Shown: positions 52,055-61,133 of the stretch, one piece after another | How the letters are laid out: every line of letters begins with the position of its first letter | How positions within the stretch are numbered: the stretch's first letter is position 1 | Virus record (IMG/VR): IMGVR_UViG_3300025085_002722 | Span: 32,001-96,000 of that record | DNA length: 64,000 nucleotides | DNA from: a virus | Direction: 5' to 3' (one strand) | Notes under the pieces: model-generated | Database searches by the model: none | Seen by the model: the letters and a program-made list of their open reading frames with translations, nothing else | Told to the model about the DNA's origin: nothing | Program-made: the position numbers and the translations under genes

Positions 52055-53128
52055 ATGGAATTAAATATGTACATGGGCATCTTAGATTTAATACCGTTTG
52101 ACAGTAAGCACAAAGTACAGCAATTCTTAAATGAAAATAATCTTATATATGTATACGATTTAGATTTACCAAACGGTGTCAAAGGTAGCGAAGAGTGGCG
52201 CAAAGAGGATTTAATTAACATACTAGAGCATTGCGACAGCAAAAATATAGACCCAACAACTGTACTAGTACCCGAAAACTCATTTAGTGTATCATATAAT
52301 ACACCGTTGGTTCATGTACATTGTCCTGCAAATCTTATGATAATAGACGAGTTCGAAACATTGCCCGAATGTGAGCCTACTAAACATTTTAATTATCTAG
52401 CAGGAAACTTTCATCATGATAGATTTATGCTACTTGAAGAATTGTATCAAAAAGATTTACTAAAATGTACGCATTGGTCTGCGTACAGAAATATTAATAC
52501 AGATGCTTTCCCAAATCACAACTACACAGAAAATTTTATAGATTTTTGTAAAAACAATATACCAAGAACAATGAAAAACTTAGAGGTGTATAATAAATTT
52601 CCAGAAGACTTGTTAGAGCCTGCACAATATAGAGAAGGCAGTTTTATACTAGATGCCAACAATTCAGATGCAGAAATATTTAAAGATAGTGCAGTAACTA
52701 TTATACTAGATACTTTAGCAAACACTACACCTTCTCTATATAATAGCAAATGGCATGATGTAGAACAAGAACTAGGAAGAACATCTTTTTATACTAAAAA
52801 AATAGTAAAACCTATTTTGCATAAAAGACCATTTATTGCAAGTATTGGCAGAGGAAAAGGCATTAACAAGCAACTCACTGATATGGGATTTCAAACATTT
52901 GATTCTGTTTGGGATGAATCTTATTTTGATGCAGACACACCAAAAGAAAGAGTTGACCGCATAGCAGATTTGTGTTATAATTTATCTAAATTAGAAATAT
53001 CCGAAATACATGATAAAACTAAAGAAATTTGCGAACACAACTACAATGTACTTACAAAAACGGATTGGGTAGAATGGTTTCTGAGTCAGATACAAACAAC
53101 TTTACATACACGGCAGGCGATTACATAA
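52055..53128 (+). CDS. Putative glycosyltransferase-like protein, paralog 2
   Basis: FYTKKIVKPILHKRPFI...GFQTFDSVWDESY. Confidence 0.5.
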   Translation: MELNMYMGILDLIPFDSKHKVQQFLNENNLIYVYDLDLPNGVKGSEEWRKEDLINILEHCDSKNIDPTTVLVPENSFSVSYNTPLVHVHCPANLMIIDEFETLPECEPTKHFNYLAGNFHHDRFMLLEELYQKDLLKCTHWSAYRNINTDAFPNHNYTENFIDFCKNNIPRTMKNLEVYNKFPEDLLEPAQYREGSFILDANNSDAEIFKDSAVTIILDTLANTTPSLYNSKWHDVEQELGRTSFYTKKIVKPILHKRPFIASIGRGKGINKQLTDMGFQTFDSVWDESYFDADTPKERVDRIADLCYNLSKLEISEIHDKTKEICEHNYNVLTKTDWVEWFLSQIQTTLHTRQAIT

Positions 53129-53643
53129 AAACAAACGTCGGGTGGAATCCTCCGGACCTCAAAACTTTTTGCAAGTTTGCAACTAAACATCTAGTAAATG
53201 CGTTTCCAAAACATGATATTTTTATGCATGGGGCATTCCCTTATGAACCTACATGGGACGTAGATATAGCAATAATAGGCGAACCCACAGACGAAGCAGG
53301 TAAAACCATAATAGACTTGACAAACATCAGTCTAAACGAGTATAATATGCTTGTGGATATTACAATATATGAAACACCTGCAATATTCGAAGGTATGTAT
53401 ACATACAATCAAACAGGTGATGTTAGTAAACTAGGTAGAACAGATATGTATAAGCCATTTTACGAAATATATAAAAACGGAGAGCCAATGCATTACTCAA
53501 AACGTAAAGTTGAAAAAATTTCAGAACATTTGTACAAACATTACACTTCGTTAGAAGAACCACAACTAAAATTTAAACAACATAAAAAATACATATATGA
53601 AGCAAAACATATATCAACATTCCTAAAGGTGCATAATGTTTAA
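53074..53643 (+). CDS. Hypothetical protein, possible Pol-beta-fold nucleotidyltransferase
   Basis: FMHGAF...TWDVDIAI...VDI pattern; start uncertain. Confidence 0.45.
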   Translation: MVSESDTNNFTYTAGDYIKTNVGWNPPDLKTFCKFATKHLVNAFPKHDIFMHGAFPYEPTWDVDIAIIGEPTDEAGKTIIDLTNISLNEYNMLVDITIYETPAIFEGMYTYNQTGDVSKLGRTDMYKPFYEIYKNGEPMHYSKRKVEKISEHLYKHYTSLEEPQLKFKQHKKYIYEAKHISTFLKVHNV

Positions 53644-54715
53644 CAACTCAGTTAAAAGAATTGGTTTTTGTTGTAAATACTTAGACAGCGATCAAACACA
53701 GAAACCTAAAGTATTAAAAGAAATACAACAACAATACACCGAGAAAGGCACAACTGTTGCATGGTGCAATAGACAAGAAAAAAGTGTTGCTGAACAAAAA
53801 CTATTAGACATAGTTGAACACAACATGCAAAGTGCCTACAACCTCGTTGATTACGCCGGCAGTTTACCTGCAGGTAGGAGAATGGTTAGACTGGGCAGTA
53901 ACCAAATACCAATGGCAACTGAACCCAGTTGGAGATATGTTTTCGAAGATAAAACAGTTCGTAAGGAACTTGCCCGTGGATTCGGAAGAATTGGTGATCA
54001 TGCTCGTGAGCGTGACGTTAGGATCAGTTTTCATCCTGGTCAGTTTTGTGTCCTTGCTTCGGACAATGATGACGTCGTAGAACGTAGCATTGACGAATTC
54101 GAGTATCATGCTGATATGGCCAGATGGATGGGTTACGGCCAAGAGTTCATGGACATGAAACTTAACGTACACATATCAGGTAGACGTGGATATCAGGGTA
54201 TCATAGATGTATTGCCTAGGCTTTCCCCTGAGGCTAGAAACACTATTGCTATTGAGAATGACGAAATGTGTCATGGCTTAGACGCAAGTCTTATGCTAAA
54301 AGATCATGTAGCACTAGTATTGGACATACATCATCATTGGATTAGAGATGAAGAATATATTCAAGCAGATGACGACCGTATTAAAATGGTCATTGACAGT
54401 TGGCGTGGTGTCAGGCCTACTTTACATTACAGTTACAGCAGAGATGAATGGCTGGACCAGAGTACATCAATCGATGATGGAAACAGGCACAATTCCTTAC
54501 ATTCCATTCCGGTGCTGTTAGAGTCTGGAGCAAAGAAACAAAAACTTAGAGCACACTCTGACTACTATCCTAATCAAGATGCAAATGATTGGGCATTGAG
54601 TTTTTGGGACGACTTTGATATACAATGCGAGGCTAAGGCTAAGAATCTAGCAAGTGAACAACTGTACAATAGAGCAGTTGAAACTAAAAAAGTAAATGAG
54701 GTGGATGTATTCTGA
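53636..54715 (+). CDS. uvsE: UV damage endonuclease
   Basis: RIGFCC, RISFHPGQF, IEND, LDIHHH, AHSD and EAKAK motifs. Confidence 0.93.
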   Translation: MFNNSVKRIGFCCKYLDSDQTQKPKVLKEIQQQYTEKGTTVAWCNRQEKSVAEQKLLDIVEHNMQSAYNLVDYAGSLPAGRRMVRLGSNQIPMATEPSWRYVFEDKTVRKELARGFGRIGDHARERDVRISFHPGQFCVLASDNDDVVERSIDEFEYHADMARWMGYGQEFMDMKLNVHISGRRGYQGIIDVLPRLSPEARNTIAIENDEMCHGLDASLMLKDHVALVLDIHHHWIRDEEYIQADDDRIKMVIDSWRGVRPTLHYSYSRDEWLDQSTSIDDGNRHNSLHSIPVLLESGAKKQKLRAHSDYYPNQDANDWALSFWDDFDIQCEAKAKNLASEQLYNRAVETKKVNEVDVF

Positions 54716-54874
54716 TATCGTGTATCTTAGAGTTTCATCAGAGGGACTCAAATTGTTAAAGGTTGTGAGAATTTTATCACAACCTCATTTACATAATATA
54801 TTTACAGGATCTGCCTTAAACCGTTTTAAAATAGGTAAAAAATTGTTAAATATGAGCAAGAAAAGGATAAAACC

Positions 54875-55702
54875 ATGTCAAACATAGTCAGTATGGCCCT
54901 TTGCCGTATTAAAAACAATGATAAACTAGAATACAACACAGATCAGGGTGCCGATAATACCTTTAAACTGTATTCCAGCATGAGTGAAATAGTTTGCGAA
55001 AGTGTCGATACATTTCTAGAAGGTGATTGGGAATTTGAAATCATTGAGAATGAAGTAGACAGTTACCAAGAAGTATTTGATAAAAACTTTGGTGAAGTTT
55101 ATGAAATGTGGGACAGCGGTAATAATAATGTATTCTTTTTAGACTTAGATACAATTATGCTAAAGCCTGTAAATGTTTTTGATCAACTTGAACATTTTCA
55201 AATGTTTAATTATACAGACCCAAAAACATTAGGTGGCAAAGATGCAAACAACAAATATGGATTACAACATCAACATTACTTTAATGCAGGAGTAAGATAC
55301 TATCCTAAAACAATGTCTCAAGATGTATGGGACTTAGGTTGGAAGTATGCAAGTGATTGGGACTATAACATTTGGGGTACGGAACAAATAATATTCAATG
55401 AAATGATGTACAGCGAAAACAAGGATGTCAAACATTGGCATGACCCAACAATGAATTTTCAAATGATGAATGCTGTACCACAAGCAATATTTAATTCACA
55501 TTACATAGCACAAATAGAAGCATGGAATGGAGCAAATATAGACGATGCAAAAGTTATGCACTTGCACGGAACAAGAGGTGCAGACAAAACTGTAATGACA
55601 CAATGGCAACTTTGGAAACAAGTAACAGGTGAAGAATTTGAATTTGAACACATAAATATTGTTCAAGATAACGGCATAGCCGTAGGAGTAGAATACAAAT
55701 AA
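54875..55702 (+). CDS. GT-A (GT8-like) glycosyltransferase
   Basis: FLDLDT, FNAGV, EQIIFN and HLHG motifs. Confidence 0.75.
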   Translation: MSNIVSMALCRIKNNDKLEYNTDQGADNTFKLYSSMSEIVCESVDTFLEGDWEFEIIENEVDSYQEVFDKNFGEVYEMWDSGNNNVFFLDLDTIMLKPVNVFDQLEHFQMFNYTDPKTLGGKDANNKYGLQHQHYFNAGVRYYPKTMSQDVWDLGWKYASDWDYNIWGTEQIIFNEMMYSENKDVKHWHDPTMNFQMMNAVPQAIFNSHYIAQIEAWNGANIDDAKVMHLHGTRGADKTVMTQWQLWKQVTGEEFEFEHINIVQDNGIAVGVEYK

Positions 55703-55875
55703 TGGACGGAGTAATTTTAGTAGCAGTAGTAGTGCCAGCCATAATTGGCTTGTTCAGTTTAATGTTTCAAGTAATTAATAGTGAAGGTGGTACTAAAGGT
55801 ATCACACAACCATATATAACAAAAAGCGGAACAAAGCATACAGCACATAAAAGCAGAGAACAACATATAGTATGA
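55702..55875 (+). CDS. Small membrane protein not in the track (MDGVILVAVVVPAIIG...)
   Basis: Translated by hand; overlaps both neighbours (TAATG, ATGA). Confidence 0.7.
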   Translation: MDGVILVAVVVPAIIGLFSLMFQVINSEGGTKGITQPYITKSGTKHTAHKSREQHIV

Positions 55876-56054
55876 AAATTATTAGAGCAACAATCACAGT
55901 AGAAGTTCCGTACGAAAATGAACTAATGAATTACGGTGATAAACTTAATAAAAAATTAAAACAAATTATTGCTGACACAGATTATATACCACACGAAACA
56001 GAAGCAGGTGACCTAAAGCCTTGCACAAGACCAGTAGTTAGACATGAAACTTAA
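55872..56054 (+). CDS. Hypothetical protein
   Basis: 60 aa coupled ORF. Confidence 0.65.
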   Translation: MKIIRATITVEVPYENELMNYGDKLNKKLKQIIADTDYIPHETEAGDLKPCTRPVVRHET

Positions 56055-56490
56055 TTATAAAGATTGCGGCAGAATAGGTTTTACATGTAGTACATTTGAT
56101 TTGCTACATGCTGGACATATCACAATGTTAGAAGAAGCAAAACATCACTGTGATTATTTGATAGTAGGATTACAAAATGACCCCACTGAAGATAGGCCTG
56201 AAAAAAACAAACCTGTACAGACAATAGTCGAAAGACAAATACAATTAGCGGCAGTTAAATACGTCGACGAAATTGTAATTTACAACACTGAACAAGACCT
56301 AGTTGACTTATTACTAACATTACCAATAGATGTTAGAGTGCTAGGCGACGAATACAAAAACAAAGACTTTACAGGTAAAGATATTGCTAAACAACGTGGC
56401 AGTAAGATAGTTTACAACGGTAGAGATCACAGTTTTAGCAGTACGTCATTACGCAAAAGAGTACATTCAGCAGAAGACAGCAAAGCATAA
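56044..56490 (+). CDS. Glycerol-3-phosphate cytidylyltransferase-like (TagD family)
   Basis: STFDLLHAGH, LIVGL, KYVDE and SSTSLR motifs. Confidence 0.9.
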   Translation: MKLNYKDCGRIGFTCSTFDLLHAGHITMLEEAKHHCDYLIVGLQNDPTEDRPEKNKPVQTIVERQIQLAAVKYVDEIVIYNTEQDLVDLLLTLPIDVRVLGDEYKNKDFTGKDIAKQRGSKIVYNGRDHSFSSTSLRKRVHSAEDSKA

Positions 56491-56494
56491 ATAG

Positions 56495-56523
56495 TTGACA
56501 CATTCACACAAATTTGTTATAAT
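56495..56523 (+). promoter_or_regulatory. Consensus sigma70 promoter (extended -10)
   Basis: TTGACA-17 nt-TATAAT with TG at the extended -10; late box ATAAATA immediately upstream. Confidence 0.85.
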
Positions 56524-56548
56524 ATAGTTTATAGAAAGGGCAAGAGAT

Positions 56549-57088
56549 ATGAACATTTATAAAAATTTGCTGTTATTAGCAGTCTTTTTATCACCACAAG
56601 TAAAAGCCAACTTTACAGGTCCTATTAACTTAAATGCTGAAGTAGAATGTCTCGCAATGAACATTTACCATGAAGCAAGAAGTGAAAGAACTGCTGGTAT
56701 GTGGGCAGTAGCAGATGTAACCATCAACAGAGTTAAAAGTATATCATATCCTAATACAGTATGCGAAGTAGTGTATCAAGGCCCTGTGTATGAAAGTTGG
56801 AAAACTGCAAGGTTTGATCATTTACCAGATAGTGAACGCATTTATAATCCTGTAAAAGGCATGTGTCAGTTCAGTTGGTATTGTGACGGTAAGAGCGATG
56901 AACCAACAGAACCCGATAGTTGGCAACGAGCATTAGACATAGCACACGGTGTAATGAATCATGATCTTGGATTAGGATTAACTGATGGAGCAGACCATTA
57001 TCACGCAAACTTCATTGAGCCTTTTTGGGCACCTCACATGACACTTGTCACCACAATTGGTAACCACAAGTTTTACAAGTCTAACTGA
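56549..57088 (+). CDS. Cell wall hydrolase (SleB/Hydrolase_2) with signal peptide
   Basis: CLAMNIYHEAR, NRV, CQFSWYCDG, HYHA and IGNHKFY motifs. Confidence 0.92.
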   Translation: MNIYKNLLLLAVFLSPQVKANFTGPINLNAEVECLAMNIYHEARSERTAGMWAVADVTINRVKSISYPNTVCEVVYQGPVYESWKTARFDHLPDSERIYNPVKGMCQFSWYCDGKSDEPTEPDSWQRALDIAHGVMNHDLGLGLTDGADHYHANFIEPFWAPHMTLVTTIGNHKFYKSN

Positions 57089-57130
57089 TAAATACTCTTA
57101 TAATCCCGTAGGTGGGAGTAGGAGTAAACA

Positions 57131-57610
57131 ATGTACGAGTATAGATGTAAAGTACTCAGAGTTGTAGATGGCGACACAGTAGACGTAGACATAGATTTAG
57201 GCTTCGGTATTGTCCTCAAAGACGAACGAGTACGCATTATGGGTATCGACACCCCAGAAAGTCGAACAAGAGATAAAGTTGAAAAACTATTTGGTCTAGC
57301 AAGTAAGACAAGACTCAAGGAACTAGTTGGTGGCCGTTCAGGTCCAATCCTCAAAACTCAAATTAACAAAAAAGGCGAAGACATGAAAGGTAAGTTTGGT
57401 AGAATCTTGGGTGACTTCGAAACAGAGGATGGCAGTATGGTTACTGATATATTAGTAGAAGAAGGCCATGCCGTAGCATACTTTGGTGGTAGCAAAGAAG
57501 AAATACAACAAAAGCATATGGCCAATAGAGATAAATTGCTTCGTGAAAGAAAAATATTAAAGAAAGATTACGACCAAGCAGTTAAGTTGATGGAAGCCAA
57601 GAAAAAGTAA
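57131..57610 (+). CDS. Thermonuclease (SNase-like)
   Basis: VVDGDTVD, RIMGIDTPE and GKFGRIL motifs. Confidence 0.9.
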   Translation: MYEYRCKVLRVVDGDTVDVDIDLGFGIVLKDERVRIMGIDTPESRTRDKVEKLFGLASKTRLKELVGGRSGPILKTQINKKGEDMKGKFGRILGDFETEDGSMVTDILVEEGHAVAYFGGSKEEIQQKHMANRDKLLRERKILKKDYDQAVKLMEAKKK

Positions 57611-57617
57611 AAATAGG

Positions 57618-57646
57618 TTGACATTTACCTAAATATACCCTATAAT
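57618..57646 (+). promoter_or_regulatory. Consensus sigma70 promoter
   Basis: TTGACA-17 nt-TATAAT; CTAAATA late-like box in the spacer. Confidence 0.85.
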
Positions 57647-57672
57647 TACACAATTATTGAGGCATATTACAA

Positions 57673-58161
57673 ATGGCAAAAAGATTTTATTCAGGCAAAA
57701 CATATTCACATGCAACTGGTCACAGTTGTGCGTTCAGACAGTGGCGAGCAGATAGTCACTGCAATCTAATCCATGGTTACGCACTTCAATTCGAGTTCAC
57801 TTTTGGTGGAGCAGAACTTGATGAACGTAACTGGATAGTGGACTTTGGGGGATTAAAGCCACTTAAAACTTGGTTGGCAGAAATGTTTGACCACACATAC
57901 TTAGTAGCCGAAGATGACCCTGAGTTGGAGACATTTGTTGATCTAGCAAAGAAAGATTTGGTAGATTTAAGAATTGTTTCAGCAACAGGTTGTGAGAGGT
58001 TTGCTGAGATGGCCTTTGACAAAGCAGAAGAAATTGTAAGTGAACTTACAGATAGAAGATGCTGGGTACAAAGTGTCACAGTAAGAGAACATGGTCACAA
58101 TAGTGCCACTGTTGAACTTGCTGATCACCAAAAGATACGTTTTTTAGAAAACGTACAATAA
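57673..58161 (+). CDS. queD: 6-carboxytetrahydropterin synthase (QueD/PTPS family)
   Basis: CNLIHGY, VDFG, FDH and VRE motifs. Confidence 0.9.
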   Translation: MAKRFYSGKTYSHATGHSCAFRQWRADSHCNLIHGYALQFEFTFGGAELDERNWIVDFGGLKPLKTWLAEMFDHTYLVAEDDPELETFVDLAKKDLVDLRIVSATGCERFAEMAFDKAEEIVSELTDRRCWVQSVTVREHGHNSATVELADHQKIRFLENVQ

Positions 58162-58175
58162 CATAAAGGAGAAAA

Positions 58176-58260
58176 AGTTACTATAGAGGACGGCACCCTT
58201 AACTGCTCCAAGTAACTAATATAATGATATACGAGAATGTAGAAAAGGTAACCGGTGCCC
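58176..58260. ncRNA. Candidate pseudoknotted structured RNA
   Basis: Crossing complementary pairs AGTTACT/AGTAACT and GGCACC/GGTGCC between convergent genes; family not recognised. Confidence 0.3.
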
Positions 58261-59643
58261 TTACTGATTGAATTCATTGTCAACTTTTCTTCGCAAATTG
58301 TAATAATTATTCACACACTGATTAGTCATATCAGCAAATTGATTTAGTTGAAAATCCGTACTGTAAAATAAATCTAAATTAAATTTACAAATTTCTAAAA
58401 TCTTTTCCTTATCTGGTGGATTATCTAAAAACTGCTTAATAGATTTCAATACCATTTGATATCTAACTTCTGGATCAGTTTCTTTATCATAATCTTCGTC
58501 AATTAAATCCTCAAATGTCTTAAATCCTAATTGCCTAACTTTAAGTAAACTAAAAGCATTTCCCAAAATTATAAAAGGCATACCCCAAGCAATTGGTTTG
58601 AATACTTTTTCACTGATAAATCTAATGGGATAGTGATCGTAACCCTGCTGAAGTGTCTGAGATTCTACTGACATATAACTTTCTGTGCCAACGTATAATT
58701 TTGACTTAAGAATCCAGTCATAATTTGCAACAGAGTCATGTTGCATAAATCCATCATCGCTTATATTATAATCTGGTTCGTTATCTGCAAGAATAGGCAA
58801 CGAGAAATCCTTTAAAATATCACTTGCCTCGCCTTCTTGGTTAATTTCTTGTAAACTATAAAAACTATTATCCAAATACCCGTCTTTGTATAAATCGTTT
58901 ACTATAGCGGCTCTGTGTGCTTTGTATGTACGGTTTAATAGCAACAAATCCTTGCTTTTTTCTGTTTTTTGTTGTAGTTTAAAAAATGAATCAACATTAA
59001 AATCTGTTTTGTCATTTAATTTAGAGCCATGATATGTAACACCGCTTTGCACCCATGTATCATACAGAAAATACTCAAAAACCACAATATTTGCAGGAAT
59101 ATTATTTACAGATAACCATTTTTGTAACCCGTTATGCGAATTAGGTTTTATAATATTAATATGAAAAGGTGCTACTGCATCATTGCATTCTTTAATAGAT
59201 TCAAACACATTATACATAGATAGTTTTGGGTCATGATCTAAAAATTCTGGTTCCCATACATCTGAAATAACTAAATTAAAGTTAGGAACTGCTTTTAACC
59301 AAAATTCACGTGATAGTACACATGCAAGATGCTCACTCATAGTAATATAAATTATTACTTCGTCATTATATGATTCTGATAGGCGTCTACTGATTTGATC
59401 TAACAAATCAATATCATCTACAGCAAGTCTAAATGGACTAATTGAAACTTTTTTACCATATTGCGAAAAATCCAAGTTGCTGTCGTACATCGGAGATCTT
59501 GAAAGTACATGAAAAATATCATGTTCAATATAGTCATTACCTTTTAAACCTAATTCGTCTTCCATACGTTGGACTTTTGTCTCATCAACAAAATATCCGT
59601 TTGCATAAGTGCTAATATCTAAAGGTACAAAAATATTAATCAT
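58261..59643 (-). CDS. Putative glycosyltransferase-like protein, paralog 3
   Basis: LLLNR...HR, FISEKVFKPIAWGMPF...GFKTF...DEDYD. Confidence 0.5.
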   Translation of the reverse strand: MINIFVPLDISTYANGYFVDETKVQRMEDELGLKGNDYIEHDIFHVLSRSPMYDSNLDFSQYGKKVSISPFRLAVDDIDLLDQISRRLSESYNDEVIIYITMSEHLACVLSREFWLKAVPNFNLVISDVWEPEFLDHDPKLSMYNVFESIKECNDAVAPFHINIIKPNSHNGLQKWLSVNNIPANIVVFEYFLYDTWVQSGVTYHGSKLNDKTDFNVDSFFKLQQKTEKSKDLLLLNRTYKAHRAAIVNDLYKDGYLDNSFYSLQEINQEGEASDILKDFSLPILADNEPDYNISDDGFMQHDSVANYDWILKSKLYVGTESYMSVESQTLQQGYDHYPIRFISEKVFKPIAWGMPFIILGNAFSLLKVRQLGFKTFEDLIDEDYDKETDPEVRYQMVLKSIKQFLDNPPDKEKILEICKFNLDLFYSTDFQLNQFADMTNQCVNNYYNLRRKVDNEFNQ

Positions 59644-61105
59644 TTATATTGTGTTCGTCAATCCTATCAATTATAATTCGCATCGGATCTACTAATCTAC
59701 TAGATACCCAATAGGTATCATGTATCATATTAAAATTATGTACAAGCGAATCTTTAATTTCTTCAATGCTATGCTCTTCTGATAGGAATTTTTCGTATGA
59801 ATCAAACATGGCTTGTATCCGTAAGTTAAAATTTTCTAGTTCATCGTAACTTTCATCAAACCATTCTGGGAATGTTCTGAATCCTAAGTCTCTTATACGT
59901 TGTAATCCATGTTGATTGCCTACAAATAAAAATGGCATTCCCCAAGCCATTGCTTTAAATGTTTTTTCTGTTAAAAATCTAACCGGATGGGGAGGATTGT
60001 GTTCTATAATTAAATCTCTTGCTTGGCTTTCTGTGATAATTTTTACTCTACACTTTTGTGGCCATTTCAAACTAAATTTTCTGTCATGGTGAATAGGTAT
60101 TTCATTTCCAGATATATTATCATAGGGTTCAAACTCTGCCTGTTTAGGCAACATGCTAATTACACGAGAATCCAATTCATGATCATCGCCTGGTGTAACT
60201 AGACCATCTGGCTCATATCCGCAACTCCATATCATGTTATCTAGCAATCCGCGTTTTTCTGCTTCTATTATAGTTGTGAGTCTGTGTTGCTTGGGCATTC
60301 TATTTAAAAGCAATGCATCGTACTCTTTGTTATCGTGCCAAATACTGTCCATAATCTGATCTATGTCAAACGGCTGGTCGTTCATTGCTTCTTCCCAATC
60401 CATCATATCCATATTTCTACTAGATTTTATACCACATGTATTGCTGGTATCAAATAAAAAGTACTCAAACGGCACAACCTCAAAATCTATACCTTGTGAC
60501 TGCAAGAATACTGTATAATCTTTATCAGAATTCGATTTTATATAAAATCTTTTATTTTTACATTCTCCTGCAGGTTTAAGATGTCTTTTACAATTTTCTA
60601 CAAAATATTCCCAAACATTTAACTTGCTAATTTCAGTATGACCATCTGGTCCTAAATTTGGTTTTGTAGTTAATTGGGGTCCACATTCCCATATATCAGA
60701 AATCATACCACTGAACTCTGGATGATTGAAAAATTTACTAAAAATTTTACCATTTAGCATAAATGCGGCTTTTTCAGAAATGGAAATTACTACACGCCAG
60801 TCTTGTATTGGTTCAAAACGTTTTATTAAATCCACCCAAAAACCGCTTTCCACGTCAATGGCCTCATTTATATCAATTGATATAGGATATATAAAATGAT
60901 CAGATGTTAAATTTATAGAAATTTCTCTACGACGTGCTTTTGTGCTTTTAATTAACCATCCAATGTATTCGTGTTTATTCACATAATTTAAAAAATTGTT
61001 TTCTTTATCAAATAACGAATCTGCAATAAAGGCTTTTGCTACTTTTTTTTGAACTGTACTGTGATCTGAAGGATTTACAGTTGCATTAACGAAAATTGTT
61101 CTCAT
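59636..61105 (-). CDS. Putative glycosyltransferase-like protein, paralog 4
   Basis: LLLNR...HR, FLTEKTFKAMAWGMPF...GFRTF...DESYD. Confidence 0.5.
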   Translation of the reverse strand: MRTIFVNATVNPSDHSTVQKKVAKAFIADSLFDKENNFLNYVNKHEYIGWLIKSTKARRREISINLTSDHFIYPISIDINEAIDVESGFWVDLIKRFEPIQDWRVVISISEKAAFMLNGKIFSKFFNHPEFSGMISDIWECGPQLTTKPNLGPDGHTEISKLNVWEYFVENCKRHLKPAGECKNKRFYIKSNSDKDYTVFLQSQGIDFEVVPFEYFLFDTSNTCGIKSSRNMDMMDWEEAMNDQPFDIDQIMDSIWHDNKEYDALLLNRMPKQHRLTTIIEAEKRGLLDNMIWSCGYEPDGLVTPGDDHELDSRVISMLPKQAEFEPYDNISGNEIPIHHDRKFSLKWPQKCRVKIITESQARDLIIEHNPPHPVRFLTEKTFKAMAWGMPFLFVGNQHGLQRIRDLGFRTFPEWFDESYDELENFNLRIQAMFDSYEKFLSEEHSIEEIKDSLVHNFNMIHDTYWVSSRLVDPMRIIIDRIDEHNIND

Positions 61106-61133
61106 ATGTGTATATTATCCGATAAATATGTGT

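Noticed and set aside
54696-54887. 63 aa ORF between uvsE and the glycosyltransferase
   Set aside because: No recognisable motif; the region looks like a promoter/SD spacer for the 54875 gene.
58159-58215. Stop readthrough extension of QueD (HKGEKVTIEDGTLNCSK)
   Set aside because: QueD is complete at the TAA, and a short open frame of this length is expected by chance.
58176-58260. Assignment of the intergenic structure to a preQ1 riboswitch, twister or canonical HDV/theta ribozyme
   Set aside because: It lies downstream of queD and I could not match the conserved core nucleotides of these families; kept only as an unclassified candidate.
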